Assembly: GCA_043228905.1 (NCBI GenBank)
Contig: JBHGNT010000003.1
Coordinates: forward strand, 24,118,001-24,182,000
Length of the DNA: 64,000 bases
Source: Azolla caroliniana
Taxonomy: Eukaryota > Plantae > Polypodiophyta
Direction of reading: 5' to 3'
The notes under the pieces are model-generated. The model had not been told where the DNA came from, searched no databases, and worked only from the letters and a program-made list of their open reading frames with translations. A program made the translations under genes and the position numbers. The first letter of the stretch is position 1. Each line of letters opens with the position of its first letter. Positions 37,161 to 50,199 of this stretch are shown in pieces.

Positions 37161-40100
37161 ATCTACCACTCTAGTTGTACTTTGACTAGGTCTAGATCTA
37201 CAATCCACTTACTACCTGTATATGCAAGCACTCAAACTGCCATGTTCACTGTTGTTGCTTCCACTTTGTCTTGTAGTTTGTGGCCTTGGATAGTATACGG
37301 TGTTTCCCTACCTCTTGGAATCAAGGATCCCTCCTCATTGCCTATCGACTTCTCCACTGCCGTCCTTGAATGAGCAACTTCCCCAAGTACTAGAGCGTTC
37401 ACAATTTCTGATCTCATACTCCATCTGTAGCACCATACACAATCTTGTTTTCCTCAAGTACTAACTTTTGAGCAATAATGTGAATTGAAATATTATTCTT
37501 TTGTTAATTTTTTCATGTACAACTTTGATTTTCTTGGTTGCATATTATTTGCATTGTTTTGGCATAATGGCCAACTATTTGCACCTTTGTGTAATTGTCA
37601 TTCCGTTGAGGTACATGTTCGCCAACTCATCAAATTCATGTAAAATCTTGGGTTGCTATAAAACAAAACATATTACAAATCTTTTAGCATCGTTGTTGAG
37701 TATATTTATTGGGGTTTCCAAAGCCTACAATACAAGCTTCCAATCTTAGCATATAAAGGAACTATAAAGGTTGTCCATCTGAGTGGTGAACAACCACACT
37801 TTCTTATTCATATTTCTTTATAGCCCCTATATATATATATATTACATTCCACTAGGACTCCCAACAACATATGTTTGATGACATTCACGATGGGAAAGAT
37901 GATGAAAAACAAAGTGACAAGCATAACGAGAACACTAAAGCGTAAGACCGAAACATCCTATAATCTGAAGTTGAATTAGGCACAACTTCTGGTCAAAACT
38001 ACCCCTTCATGGGAGTTTATTAACGTCGATGCAACAACTTCACAACTTCAATTGGCTCCAACTTATTTTGCAAACCAATCCATCCATCCAAAAGAACTTC
38101 TCCATCATGAAACTCTTGTCTAGTAAAGCTACCCAAAAGCTCTTCTCCCAAAAGTTGTCAAATGAACTCTAAAAGTTCCCACTCAAAAAGCTCTCAAATA
38201 TGGCCATATTCTCTTTTTTATAACTTCTTCAAATGCAAAAAGTAAACACGAAACCAAAATTCTCAAAATGTACAAGCAAAATGCAAGTTAGGGATGCAAA
38301 CACTTGAAAAAGTTGGTTTGTATTCTGTCCATAACTCTTGATCTTGGACTCAATTTCCGTTTATGTTTATATTATGAGTGAATGGGAGATTGTGGCCTTG
38401 GTCATGTTTGTATCTAAAATTCAATGTCTTTGGGTCCACGTCCAAAAAGACCAAAAACAAATAAACCTCTCAATATCCAAAACAAAATGTCAACCAACCC
38501 TCAAGTGAGGTTCCCACTAATTATACATTGATCCAAATGGAAATCTTGATACTAATTATGTTTTATGAATGTAAAGAAGTATCATAAAATGTAAACATTT
38601 TTCCAAAGTTAGAATGAATAGTATGAACATACGAAACTTTATGAAGGGTAGTGGTATGGCTTGCAAAGATAGTAAGGAATTAAAGAGTGAAGGAGAAAGG
38701 GAAAATAATGAAGGGTGATATGTTAATATCCTCCAAAGGCCAATAACATGAATGTCTCCTTAGTTGGGACAGAGATACGACCACTTGTGGTCATCTATCT
38801 ATCTATCTATCTATCTGTGTATAGATATGGTTTTCTCAACCTATTCTTCTCCAAGCTGGATTCTCAACTTCAAGATTGTGATATGAGTGTGGAAGAGGAT
38901 GTTCTCAAAGTAAATGGCATTGGAATACGAAAGGTGGTCAATTGTGGCTATTGTTTCTTTGTACATGTCCCAACAAGCTAGGTTTATGTGGGTGTAACAA
39001 TATATCCGGTTTTCATTATCCCATTCCGTTTGACCACAATTGCTTCTATAAGGCACAATTTGATGGCCATTAGTTGGTAACTCAACATACTGTCACCATA
39101 TTCCATCGCTTGAACCATCTATGTATCGTGTGCACAACCAAAATTCTTACAATTCTATTTGTTTTTTTTGCCAGCATTACAAACATTGAATGCTATGAAA
39201 CATATCTCTAGGACTTTTACTTTAGCCATGCACATGTGGAATCTAATCAAAACCCCTCTAGTTTAATGGGTCTCATCCCTACATCAAGGAGCATCACCAA
39301 GTACAAGTTAGTTGTTGCTTCTATAACTACTCTTTAGAATGACATCAATCTTTCTTTGAGTTTGTATGGTTCCCATAAACTTAAATCGAGCTAGAGGTAG
39401 TGCAATGCTTGATAGGCGAACGATAATATTCTTATGACTACGCACCGAATGCATCTACAATATAACTATAATTAAATAGTGCTAGAAAAAATAGAGGATG
39501 GGACTCATAGATAAACAACATGCACACACGCCAAAAGTAAAGTTTGATGAAGGAAGTCCAATGCCTATATTCAGGACGTGGTTTGAGGCTAACATTAAAA
39601 AAGGCTTCAGGTAAAGTAGGAAGCTAGAGAAGGCACATACCAAATAGTTATATTGGATGTGTGGTTGAGAAGTTGTTCCTGAATGGATTTTGACTAAATC
39701 TATGTTATGGGATCATGCTATTTAGTTCATTAATCTAGGATAAGGAATCTACTAAGGGACAAGTGGCCAAAGAACTAGTTGTACTCATAATGAGGGTTTT
39801 CAATAAGTGTGAATGGTCCACACTTGGAAAGAAAAAGAAATATCACAGTCGAAACGAACAAATAAAAACAAGGTGCATGTCATGTTTTACCATACATTGC
39901 ACTTGCTTAGGAATACGTTCTATCCCATATTGGCATTCATTAAGTAGACGAGAAGTGTTGGAAAATATCTATGCCTTCCATGGTTTGTGTTGCTATATCA
40001 AGAATGTTTTTGAAATATGATGGCCACACATCAAAGTGGGCCCTTTCGGATTTCAAGGTGCCTGAGAGTAGGTGTAGGAACCTTTCACATGTTTTGTTGC

Positions 40101-41057
40101 TTGGTTCGAGCTTGATGTTGTCGATTTAATTCTAGGTTTTGCACTCTAACCTACTCTTTGGCACTTTCACATGATAAATTGGTGTCGAACTGCTCCTAAG
40201 TCTGTTGCCATTTCTAGGTGCCCCATACTTGGTCGTGGGTCATTTCAGAATCACGGGTAGCTTTCCTCTTGGTGGATCCCTATGTAAGGTTTCCACCATT
40301 TGTGGTGCTTCACCCTAAACATTCTCAAACCCTAGGTAAACCTCCATATTGTTCCTCTCTTTGTTGTGCTTGAGTCTTAAGTTTTAACAATCTAGGGCCC
40401 ATGGTAGATCTCCATGTAATTTCTCATTTGCAATGTGCTCGTCTTAATAGTCTTGGCCCCGCAAGCAAAACACCCATGTGATAACCCCCCTTTTTGGCAC
40501 TACAATTTTCATTGACCCTATGTTGCTTTTTTGTCTTCTACAATTAGTCTAGTTGGGCCCTCATTGCTAGCTATTATTTGAATGCATACTATGTGTTTTG
40601 TCCTCTCAATCTCCTCAAATATTTGAATATCCTAGCTGACTGAAGGTGATTAAAAGGAAGGTACAAAGTTAGCAGTGGCACCTTGCAATAACATCTAACC
40701 AATCTCTAATCGGTGTTTTAGAAACCAACTCCTTTGCTAAGGAAGGAGGGGCTATTTTAGAACAATTGCCAAAACTGGTGGTCACTTAGCACATGGGAGG
40801 AACCGAAACTGAATGCTAGCATGTAATGTCAGCATTCAATTTAGTTGAGGAGCTGGAATGTGGTGCCATGCATGATGTTTGGGAGCTAATGGATTCCGAA
40901 GTGGGGCCTTGGGGGAGGGAGGGGGCAGGGAGAGTCAAAGCAAGCAAGTACATATTCCACTAGATCCCACTTTTAATTCACCAAGAGAAGTGATTAGAAA
41001 GTCAACATGCTACGTGAATAACATAAAGGGGAGGCGGTGGGATCGTAACACTTGAGC

Positions 41058-41059
<2 letters not shown>

Positions 41060-41098
<39 letters not shown>
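41060..41098. repeat. (TG)n microsatellite within an SSR-dense region (41.0-42.0 kb) upstream of the GT92 gene
   Basis: TG run, with AT, AG, CT, TCT and poly-C/G runs nearby. Confidence 0.95.
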
Positions 41099-41100
<2 letters not shown>

Positions 41101-41349
41101 AAGAAGGAAATGGGGAGACAAAAGGAACAAATAGAGGGTTTTAAAAAGTGGAGGCCTATGGAGGATAGAAGTAGTGTATAATATGTGTGTGTATGGGGAA
41201 GGGCCAAGAAATGTGAGGGGAGGGGGGGGGGGGGGCAAGTCACTGTGTGTGTGAATGAATGGGATACGAAAGAGCACACACACAAAGAGGGTGAGCCAGA
41301 GTTGAATGGGATTATTTATATATACATATATGATATATATATATATTAC

Positions 41350-41380
<31 letters not shown>

Positions 41381-42381
41381 AAGAAAGAAAGAGAGAGAGA
41401 GTGAGTGAGTGATGACACATATGAACAAATAACATCAATCCAAAGACTCTTTCTCTCTCTCTCATTTTCTCTCTCTTGTCTGTCTGTCTCTGTGTGCGCG
41501 TGTGTGTGTTGGCTTTCTCTTTCAAGAAACTGTTGACCTCCTCCTCCTCTCGCCGCCTCTCTCTCTCTCTAAAACCCTGCCTGTCTCTCCTCTCTCAGAG
41601 AGAGCAAGAGAAATAATAAGAACACGAGGGACGGCGACGCCAATTCTGGTTGTGTGTGTGTGTCTGCGTGCATTTTCGTGTGACCCCATCCCTGCTCTGC
41701 TGTCTTCTTCTTCTTCTTCTTCTTCTTCTTTTCTTATTGCTACTACTACTACTGTTGTAATTAGTGTATTGTAATTTGTATTGAGAGACAGTGAGAGGCG
41801 CCCAGCGCGCTCGTGTGCGTCTTATTTTCTGTGTTTTTACTTTTTTGTCCCCCCCCCCCCCCCCCCCCACCCCAAATTCAAGGAAAATTAAATCAACAAA
41901 ATCCGTCGCTATTTCATTCTACTTCCTTCCCAATTCTGCTCTCTGAGCACCACCCACCTTCTCTCTCTCTCTCTCCGTGTGTAAGTAAATTCCTTTTTTT
42001 GATTCCCCCTCTTTTAACCCCCCCCCCCCCACCTCCTCCTGTGTACAAAGAAAGAGAGGAGAAACACAGGAAATTCTGCTTCCAATAACGTTTCCTCCCA
42101 CCTTACTCAATACCATCTCCTCTAATATCCATCCACCATCGAAACAATCTATCCCTCTAATCTCATCTCATTACTCTCCTAATCACCCAATTAGCCCCTA
42201 AATCATGTGTTGAAAATCCTCATGCCATTTTTATTCACTGTTTTCTACACATTTTGTAATCTTCTCCTGATTCCCCCAACCTCATCATCCTCTCAATTTA
42301 TCTTCCTTCATTTGCTATCTAATTAGACAGTTGTTTACTACTGCTTGCGCCTTCATTTCGCGTTAAATCTTCATCACTACC

Positions 42382-45008
42382 ATGTTCAATAATCTCAGAA
42401 CCATGCTGAATATTACACGCAAAAGACCAACCATTAATAAACCAGATCAATGCTTGAAGTCCAGTCTTAATAATCGGCGATTCATTTCGGTGCTTATCAT
42501 ATCGATCCTCGGCCTTACGATCGGATTCTCCTCGATTTTAGATTCAACGTACTGGCAAGGTAAGCATTAGTAGCAATCACTGGATCAAATGATTGCTTAC
42601 TGGTGAATTAATCTATCTACAATTAAGATGATATCGATTAAGGTTCATTGATTTAGCATAAGGTCTATTTAATCAACGAATTAGGATGGAATAGGTCTTA
42701 TATAGCCTTAGGGGTTAAAGCATAGGGTTTTGACTAATCAAGGATTGTATCTTGAATGTTTAAATTAATAATAAGAATTTTGTAAATTACTTGTAAATTA
42801 CCGAGGTTTCGGTTGAGGTTTCCAATGATTGAGGCTTGATCAATGTCTTAATTAAGATCTCTAATTTTTAGGGTTTCATGTTAACCTTTTGCAGGAAACC
42901 CTAATCACAAAATAGCATCCAATTTGGGCCGTAATCCTCTCTTGCTTCAATATGATTCAGTAATTAACAAGCTCACAGGGAAGACCGATCAAACCCCAAA
43001 ACCGCGCTCCTTGTCAAAGAGGAAGACCATCGATGGAGCCCTAATTAAACCACCCTCCTCCCTGAAGGGTCCGAAGAAGAAGAAGAGAGACAGGGTAGTA
43101 ATTAAGCCACCCTCGCCCTCGTCAAAGAAAAAGACGGGTGGAACGTCTCTAAATCCGCCTTCAAAAATAGAAGGAGCCCTAAAACCAGGGTGGAAATTTG
43201 ATGGAGCCCTAAAACCAGAGTCAGGAAAGGATGAATCCCTAAAACCACTAATCCAAGACGTGGTGTTGCTGCCTGACAGTGAATTGCTCATAATAATCCG
43301 ATTGCCCCAAATTAGCAATTCTAGCAATGGATATCCTGCCTCATCATGGTCAGATGATACTAATCATGAGCCGCTTATTCCAGCCAAAGAAAACCTTGCC
43401 TGCTTCTTCCACCAGGTGAGCAATAATATCACAACCAGGGTCTCTGCACTGGATTATGTCCAAAGAGGCCACGCTATGATGATGATCCGCTGCCGGAGCC
43501 CCACCATGGAAAGCTCAAGCTCTTCGGAAGATTCAGACGAGGAGGAATATTCAGTAAGATCGATGATGCCAGTTCCGGTGATTATCCAACAGAAGATTCC
43601 ATCGGATTCCTCGATCCAACAGAAGATTCCGTCGTCGGATTCTTCTGCCGAATTCGCCGAATTCGCATCCTCCTCCTCCTCCTCATCATCATCGCAGTCG
43701 CCCAGCCCGATGAAACTGTGGAGCTCTCTGGTCTTCGAGATATGGCAGACGGAAGACGACGTGGTTTTGTTCGCGAAAGGCGTGAATAGCAGGCAAGGCA
43801 AGAATGTGGATCCGGCGGACCTCGAATGCGTGTACGGGTCCGGGTCCGGGTCGGAGAGGCAGCCGGCCGTGACCACGCGAGTGACCCAATCCGCTCAAGA
43901 GGTGTTCCGGTGCGAGCACCCGGCCGAGGAGTTGAGAGCGCCGCTCGACAGGGCGCCCGTCACATTAAGATGGGCCGGCAAATTGATGGATTCTGTGGTC
44001 TACTATGCCCCTAATTACCATCCGATTCTAGCCAAAGATCATGGACCACCACCACCACCACGAATGGCCGACCGAATCAATGTTGTCGACAATACCAATG
44101 TTTCGAGCATTCGAGATGATGCGGAGATGTCCACGGACGGAGATTCGGGTATGGTCTGTGCCTGCACCATGGTCTACAACGTGGCCAAGTTCGTGAAAGA
44201 GTGGGGCGTGTACCACGCGCATTTGGGCGTGGACAAGTTCGTCTTTTACGACAACAATAGCGAGGACGAGCTGGACGAGGCGTTGGGATGGCTGTCGGGC
44301 CGAGACATTGGCACCACCAGGTACCCTTGGCCTTGGCCCAAGACCCAGGAGGCCGGCTTGTCCCACTGTGTCGTGGCCACCCGATCCACATGCAAGTGGA
44401 CGCTCTTCACCGATGTGGACGAGTTCTTGTACGCCCCCCGGTTCCTTCCCCCGACCAATGGTAGAGAATCCCCACTCCGCCAACTCATCTCGGGCAGCCA
44501 GGCAATCGACCACAACGTCGGGCAGATTTCGATGAACTGCCGTGACTTCGGTCCCTCTGGCCTTGTTTCACACCCGGCCGATGGTGTCACCCAAGGCTAC
44601 ACGTGCCGTGTCAAATTAGAGCAACGCCACAAGTCTCTCGTCCGTCTAGAGGCCGTGGGGCATGACCTTCACAATGTCGTCCATCATTTCAATCTACAGC
44701 CTGAATTCCGCACGATTCGGCTGTCAAGCTCACTGGCCATCGTGAATCACTACAAATTCCAAGCGTGGCTGGAGTTCCGGAAGAAATTTCACCGCCGTGT
44801 CTCGGCCTATGTAGTAGATTGGACGGAGCACAAGAACATGGGGTCCAAGGACAGGACACCTGGGCTAGGGTCTAAGGATGTCAAGCCACCCAATTGGGAA
44901 ACCAATTTTTGCGAAGTGGTTGACACTTCTCTCCGGAATTACACTCGACAAGTTTTCACAACCACGAGCATGTCTAACGGAACCCCTTTGCTTGCATGGC
45001 AACTATAA
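42382..45008 (+). CDS. Glycosyltransferase family 92 (DUF23) protein, type II membrane; exons 42382-42559 and 42895-45008 (about 763 aa)
   Basis: N-terminal TM anchor FISVLIISILGLTIGFSSIL. GT92 motifs CACTMVYNVAKFVKEW..YH..GVDKFVFYDNNSED, WPWPKTQEAG.SHC, DVDEF, VNHYKFQAW.EF. The GT-AG intron keeps the frame. Confidence 0.93.
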
Positions 45009-45840
45009 ATAGCTTCCTTTTCACACCTCCTTGGAGAGTTTTTGCCCCCTCCATAGATCCATAGACTCCTGACCAAAGCTTCGCGTCCTATGAATTATCT
45101 TAACATCTATGCTCGCTCGCAACTCCAACTTTCGGTGTCACATGTTTTGTTTTGTGTGATTTGTCTTGACCCCAATATCTTCGTGACCTCCTATTTCTTG
45201 GGGTACATGAGTCACACTCTTGACCATGATATATTTTATCAATCTCGGCCTTCTTATAGTCACAGGGGTTAGCATCATCTTTTTTAATGCCCATTAGTGC
45301 ATATACTCCAATATTCATTTGCCCTTTGTGGCTCTCTTATTCTTGATAACGAGCCTCTACCAAACACATACACACGCATAGTTGGCATATTGTTTCTTGA
45401 GGTAGCATAAGTAGCTTGAAGAAGTAGCTATCAATTGATCAAATACATAACCCTACTAAAAGACAACAATGACTAAAAAAAATACAATTGAAAAGGTCCT
45501 CGACTCTATAAAAAAATAACATGTAAACGAGGTTTTGTTGACATTGTATAAAGCTTCGATTTGTTGACATTATCTAACGAGTCACAAAATAAATAGTCTA
45601 GGTTTTCTCTAATAAAATTTACAAAGGATAGAGATAGTATATCAAGTTTTCTCATTAAGGAGAGATGCCAATATTTTGGGATCTCTATATGTATATAAGT
45701 GATAGAGAGAGATTGATCAAACCTTCCTATTATTGAAATGAAATTGTTTCATCTGGGAGATGTCTCTCCTAACAGTGAGTAAAACCCAACAAGAGGAATT
45801 GAAAGAAACTAAATGATCCATTGATTGTAAACTTGCAATT

Positions 45841-45979
45841 AAAAGCACTGAAGTTTGGTAACGTTTATTCAACAAATGGTTGAGTTGGTTGCACTAGCCC
45901 ACTAGAGGGAAATTTTGCTATAAAAAAGCACTAAAGTTTGGTAAAAGTTTATTCAATAAATGGTTAAGTTGGTTGCATA
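45841..45979. repeat. ~56-bp direct repeat (two copies, about 83-bp period)
   Basis: AAAAGCACT(G/A)AAGTTTGGTAA..GTTTATTCAA(C/T)AAATGGTT(G/A)AGTTGGTTGCA occurs twice. Confidence 0.8.
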
Positions 45980-46986
45980 GGCATAGGCAAGGGGTAGTCA
46001 CTCTCCTTAACGTGAGGGTGTAAATAAAATGTGCATGGCGTGAGTTCATTTTTAATCAGAAATCAATAGCTAAAATTATGTGATCAGGTAAAGGGCCATT
46101 AACTGCTTCTCATTGACAACAAACACAAAGGCCGCCCTAAATTTATTGCTTCCAATTAATTTACAATTTGATGATATGTAGTTATAGCTATATATACTAA
46201 ATTTGGAGAGATAATAATTGGATCTATTCCTAGTGTTGTCTATTCTAATAAAGTGATTGTGAGAATGGCATCCATGAATATGAGTCAGTATAATAACTAA
46301 GGACTTTGGTCTATTAAAGTTATTGTGAGAATGACCATGAACCCAAGCACCAAGCAACACATACACATACGGATATAGTAAGTGATGCATGGATTTATCC
46401 TCCATGTGGAGGAAGCTCTTATCGAATTAAACTTTTTTATCGTTTTGGCAATCATTCAATTCACTTTCATGAATCACCACAATAAACTTGTGAACTAAAA
46501 TTAGATGAAGCCTTTTTAACTTATTGAATACTTTTGCGGTATGTTTCAAGTAATCCCTCATTAAAATGTGCACCGATGAAAACATTTGTGAATTGATTGG
46601 AAGTTATTGTGTTATGGAAGTGCCTTCAACCTACCTGGTCACTACAAATATGCACCTATCTTGATTTGAAAGGACACTATATGACCCACTAATATCTTTT
46701 TCAATGACTTTTGCCATTATGCAATCAAAGATTTTGGCCAACCTCTCATATAACTCTTTGCACATTGTTGTTATGTAATGGGTTAGATATTTCAAACCTA
46801 GGAATACATATCCATACGCTTGCACGAAACTTTACAAATGCTACTAGAGCCAGAAAAGAAAATCTAACAATGGAGCAAGATGGTAGTTGACATGGGCAAC
46901 AATATGAAACCTAATGTTTGACCACTCACTTTTGTGTTGTAGTGTTTAACATACATGTTGGATAATTATGGAAATCCCCATTCATC

Positions 46987-47064
46987 ACCAAGTTGATAAC
47001 TTATTGGCAAAAACACAAAGAGAATGACATGGAGTAATTCGAACCAATAAGTTATCAACTTGGT
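46987..47064. repeat. Perfect 21-bp inverted repeat with a 36-nt loop
   Basis: ACCAAGTTGATAACTTATTGG (46987-47007) and CCAATAAGTTATCAACTTGGT (47044-47064). Confidence 0.9.
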
Positions 47065-47689
47065 ATTGTATGAAAGACGTCGATTTTCTCGCAATTAGAA
47101 CCTCTTCATTGGAATTAGCTACAATCACATTCTTTGGTAGACCACTCCCATCCTGTTGAAACTATGTCATACATAAAGGTGTGCCATTGCAAGTTCACTT
47201 TTGGAAGAAATTTGAGAAATACGTTTTCTCACAAAAAGAGGGGATAAATTACAAACAAAATAAAGAACTACCTATATGCTATTCTTACCAGAAAGGCAAG
47301 AAAATCACAATGGGTTCTCCAATGGTATGAAGTCACATAAAAGCATATATAAATCTTAGAGTTTTACAATATCACGCAATTGTGACCTTGAAACCATGAT
47401 TTTCTTAAAAACTATGCGCACTTGTGAGTTAGAAAATCCGATCGTGGACTTTGTTGTTCGTTGATATAAGGAAACAAATGAGATTGTAAAGTTATGTATA
47501 TTGGGGCATTCAGTGCTTGTTGGGATATGGTATCTGACGTATATGAAGGCTTTATTACCGTGATCCCAATGTCTTCCCATTTGTAACCAAATTGATATGT
47601 GATTGAGAGACACATGAAGCAACATATCCTATGTGTTTTCATTGGAATCAATTTTTCCTTTTCTTTTTTAAACTCCTTCCATTAGTTAT

Positions 47690-48450
47690 AAATTTTTTAA
47701 GATGGGGGTGTTAATATGCAAATCTTTGTAGGGATGATAGTTCCATCTTATGTGGATGCCCATTGACTATTGAAAGGGAGAGGATGACCATTGTTGGATA
47801 AAGGCTAGTCATTATCTTTCAACTCCATCGGAGCCGCCTTTGAGGACATTGTATTGGCTCTTTAGAGTGGGTACAATTTCACTCCATATCTCTTGCATTA
47901 ACATTGCTGGATGTGCAGTTTGGTTAAAGAAGACCCATCTACACCGTTGTTTCCATAGAGTCCAAAGAGTTATTGGGCTGACCAATTCCAACACAACTTG
48001 AGATTTAGAAGTAATAGGAGTTGGGTGGATATCGTCGATGGTGGAAAAAAAAAACCTCTTGTGGTTTTATCACCAAAGTCATCCTCTCCTCCTGATGCTT
48101 GTACCTGTCAACTGGGGCTGTCATGATAACCAACATAAATTTCCCCACTTGATTGTGCCTTGCACCTAGCATAATTGCAATAGGTGGCCAACCCCCTGCC
48201 ATATTCGATGGGTCTCTCGGCATTCCCACAGAGCGTGTCGGATTGATTTTGTTGCATTCGGGCATGCTACACAATTAGGAGTGCTAAGGTTCCCACGCTG
48301 CCACACTCCAACAGGTAGTGCCTTATGTATTAATAGTCATTGGAATGTGGTAATTTGCCTAGCGTGATGTTGTTTCTAGGTATTTTGCCAAAATTTGGTG
48401 ATAATTGTGTGAGGAACATGATATGTGTGCCAGACCTTTTACCACATTCC
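47690..48450 (-). mobile_element. L1-type LINE 3' fragment (zf-RVT and C-terminus)
   Basis: QITTFQ*LLIHKALPVGVW..CVACPNATKSIRHALWEC..IWQG and LWTLWKQRCRWVF. Confidence 0.8.
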
Positions 48451-48882
48451 AAGAACTTTCCAAATGATGTAGAAAAGGAGAGAATAGAAGAATGACCCTT
48501 TCCTAATGAGTAGAAAAAAGTAAGAAAATCAAAGGAGCTCCAATCGTTATGAAATCACTGAAAGTTGATATACAAAATTTGTTTTTTTTGCCAAAACCAT
48601 CAAATTGAAAAAAGGTTTCTTTTGAGAAAGAAAGTATGCCCACTTGCAGGAGTTTGTACTTTACTATTATCGGTCAAAAATCATTGACATGTGCTATATC
48701 ACTACATATTTAATATTCTTTATATAAATATAAATAAATAAATAAATAAGATAAAGAAGGAACAAAGTTACATATTCTCTTGCACTATCTAGGTTTTGAA
48801 TATGACACCTCTAAAAGTTATATTGACATGAAACCATGAAGGTCTCCACAACAAATGAGAACAAATAATTATAAACCCATGA

Positions 48883-48928
<46 letters not shown>

Positions 48929-50199
48929 TAACTAGTTCCCTCTCACACACAAACACTTCTTATCATTTTCTACTCATTCCTTGTCTAGTCTTACTTGCAA
49001 AGCTAATTATAAACGAAAATGAAGAGGGAAATTATTTTCTGAGAGAGAGAGATGGTTTATGTTCAGCTTAGCTAGTTAATGGTATTGCCCAATGTACCAC
49101 GATGTTCTAAGTTTGATAATCGGAAAAGAAAAACTAATATGTTCTTATGCATATTGTTGTCTTTCCAACACTAACAATAAAGCACAACACAATGGTTTAT
49201 CATGCAATCATGTACCTTTGAATGATTGACATTGGTACCCAATACTATTAGTCTAGTGACTAATGTGCAATGAGGGAATTATTATAAGTTACCGGTAGTC
49301 CTTGTTGCATGGTTGCCATTGAGCTCGACTATAATGTGTGTTATGCTTGTCAACTTCTTAACGCGTAAGTTATAACCTTCTTGTTAATTTCTTAAGGTGT
49401 AACCGTGTTCTAACTTCATCTCAAAATAGGAAATGTGGAAAATAAACTCTCCACAATAAAAGCAACACAAATAAACATGGGTATGTAACCTTACATAAAA
49501 TTGGAAATGCCAAAAGCTCACCGGATCATATTGGTCATGCATTTAATGTGTTTCTGTGTACATTTTAGAGAGAGAGAGAGAGAGAGAATAACCGGAAAAT
49601 GATTGGATGATCCTTATTGCTTGAAAAAGGTGTTATGGAGGACAAAATCTTTGACCTATTAGAATTGGAAAAAATGTTACAAGTGAGTCTCCTCTGTTGA
49701 TACACAATGTATATCCACATGTGGCTTTTCTTAAGCATACTCATAAGCTCAAATAGGGTGGACATATATGTGACGAAAAGGTAGGGATTTGGTGTGTCCA
49801 ACTTGGATGCATTGGATAATTGAAAGTGGAAAAACATTTTCAATTGGTCACGAATGCTTCATGTTGACTATCCTCAATTTCTTAAGGAAAAGTATGTAGA
49901 TTATAATATTCTCTAATGATGTCTCATCATTGATCCATTCTCAAAGTGTTGATTATGACTTGTCAATAGAAAGGAATAGTGCATAGAGAGATGGATTTAA
50001 TTATTGTTCTCTTAGGTCAAATATGAACTATGAAACCAAGGTGAAACATTTTCACATAGTCTGTTTGGAGTTGTAAGACTTATTCTAATGAACATTGCAA
50101 TTAAGAGTGTGGATTGTGACCGAGAGAGAAATATGTGTGTGAGGATAGGTTTGAGTAAAACACGCAAGAAAATCAAACTCGAATGTGGTTAAAAGTGAA

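Noticed and set aside
41002-42116. Short ORFs upstream of the GT92 gene
   Set aside because: They are translations of microsatellites and homopolymers, with no domain signal.
42989-44590. Antisense and alternative-frame ORFs over the GT92 exon (likewise over GRF, RecX and PPR)
   Set aside because: Shadow ORFs of real coding sequence, with no independent features.
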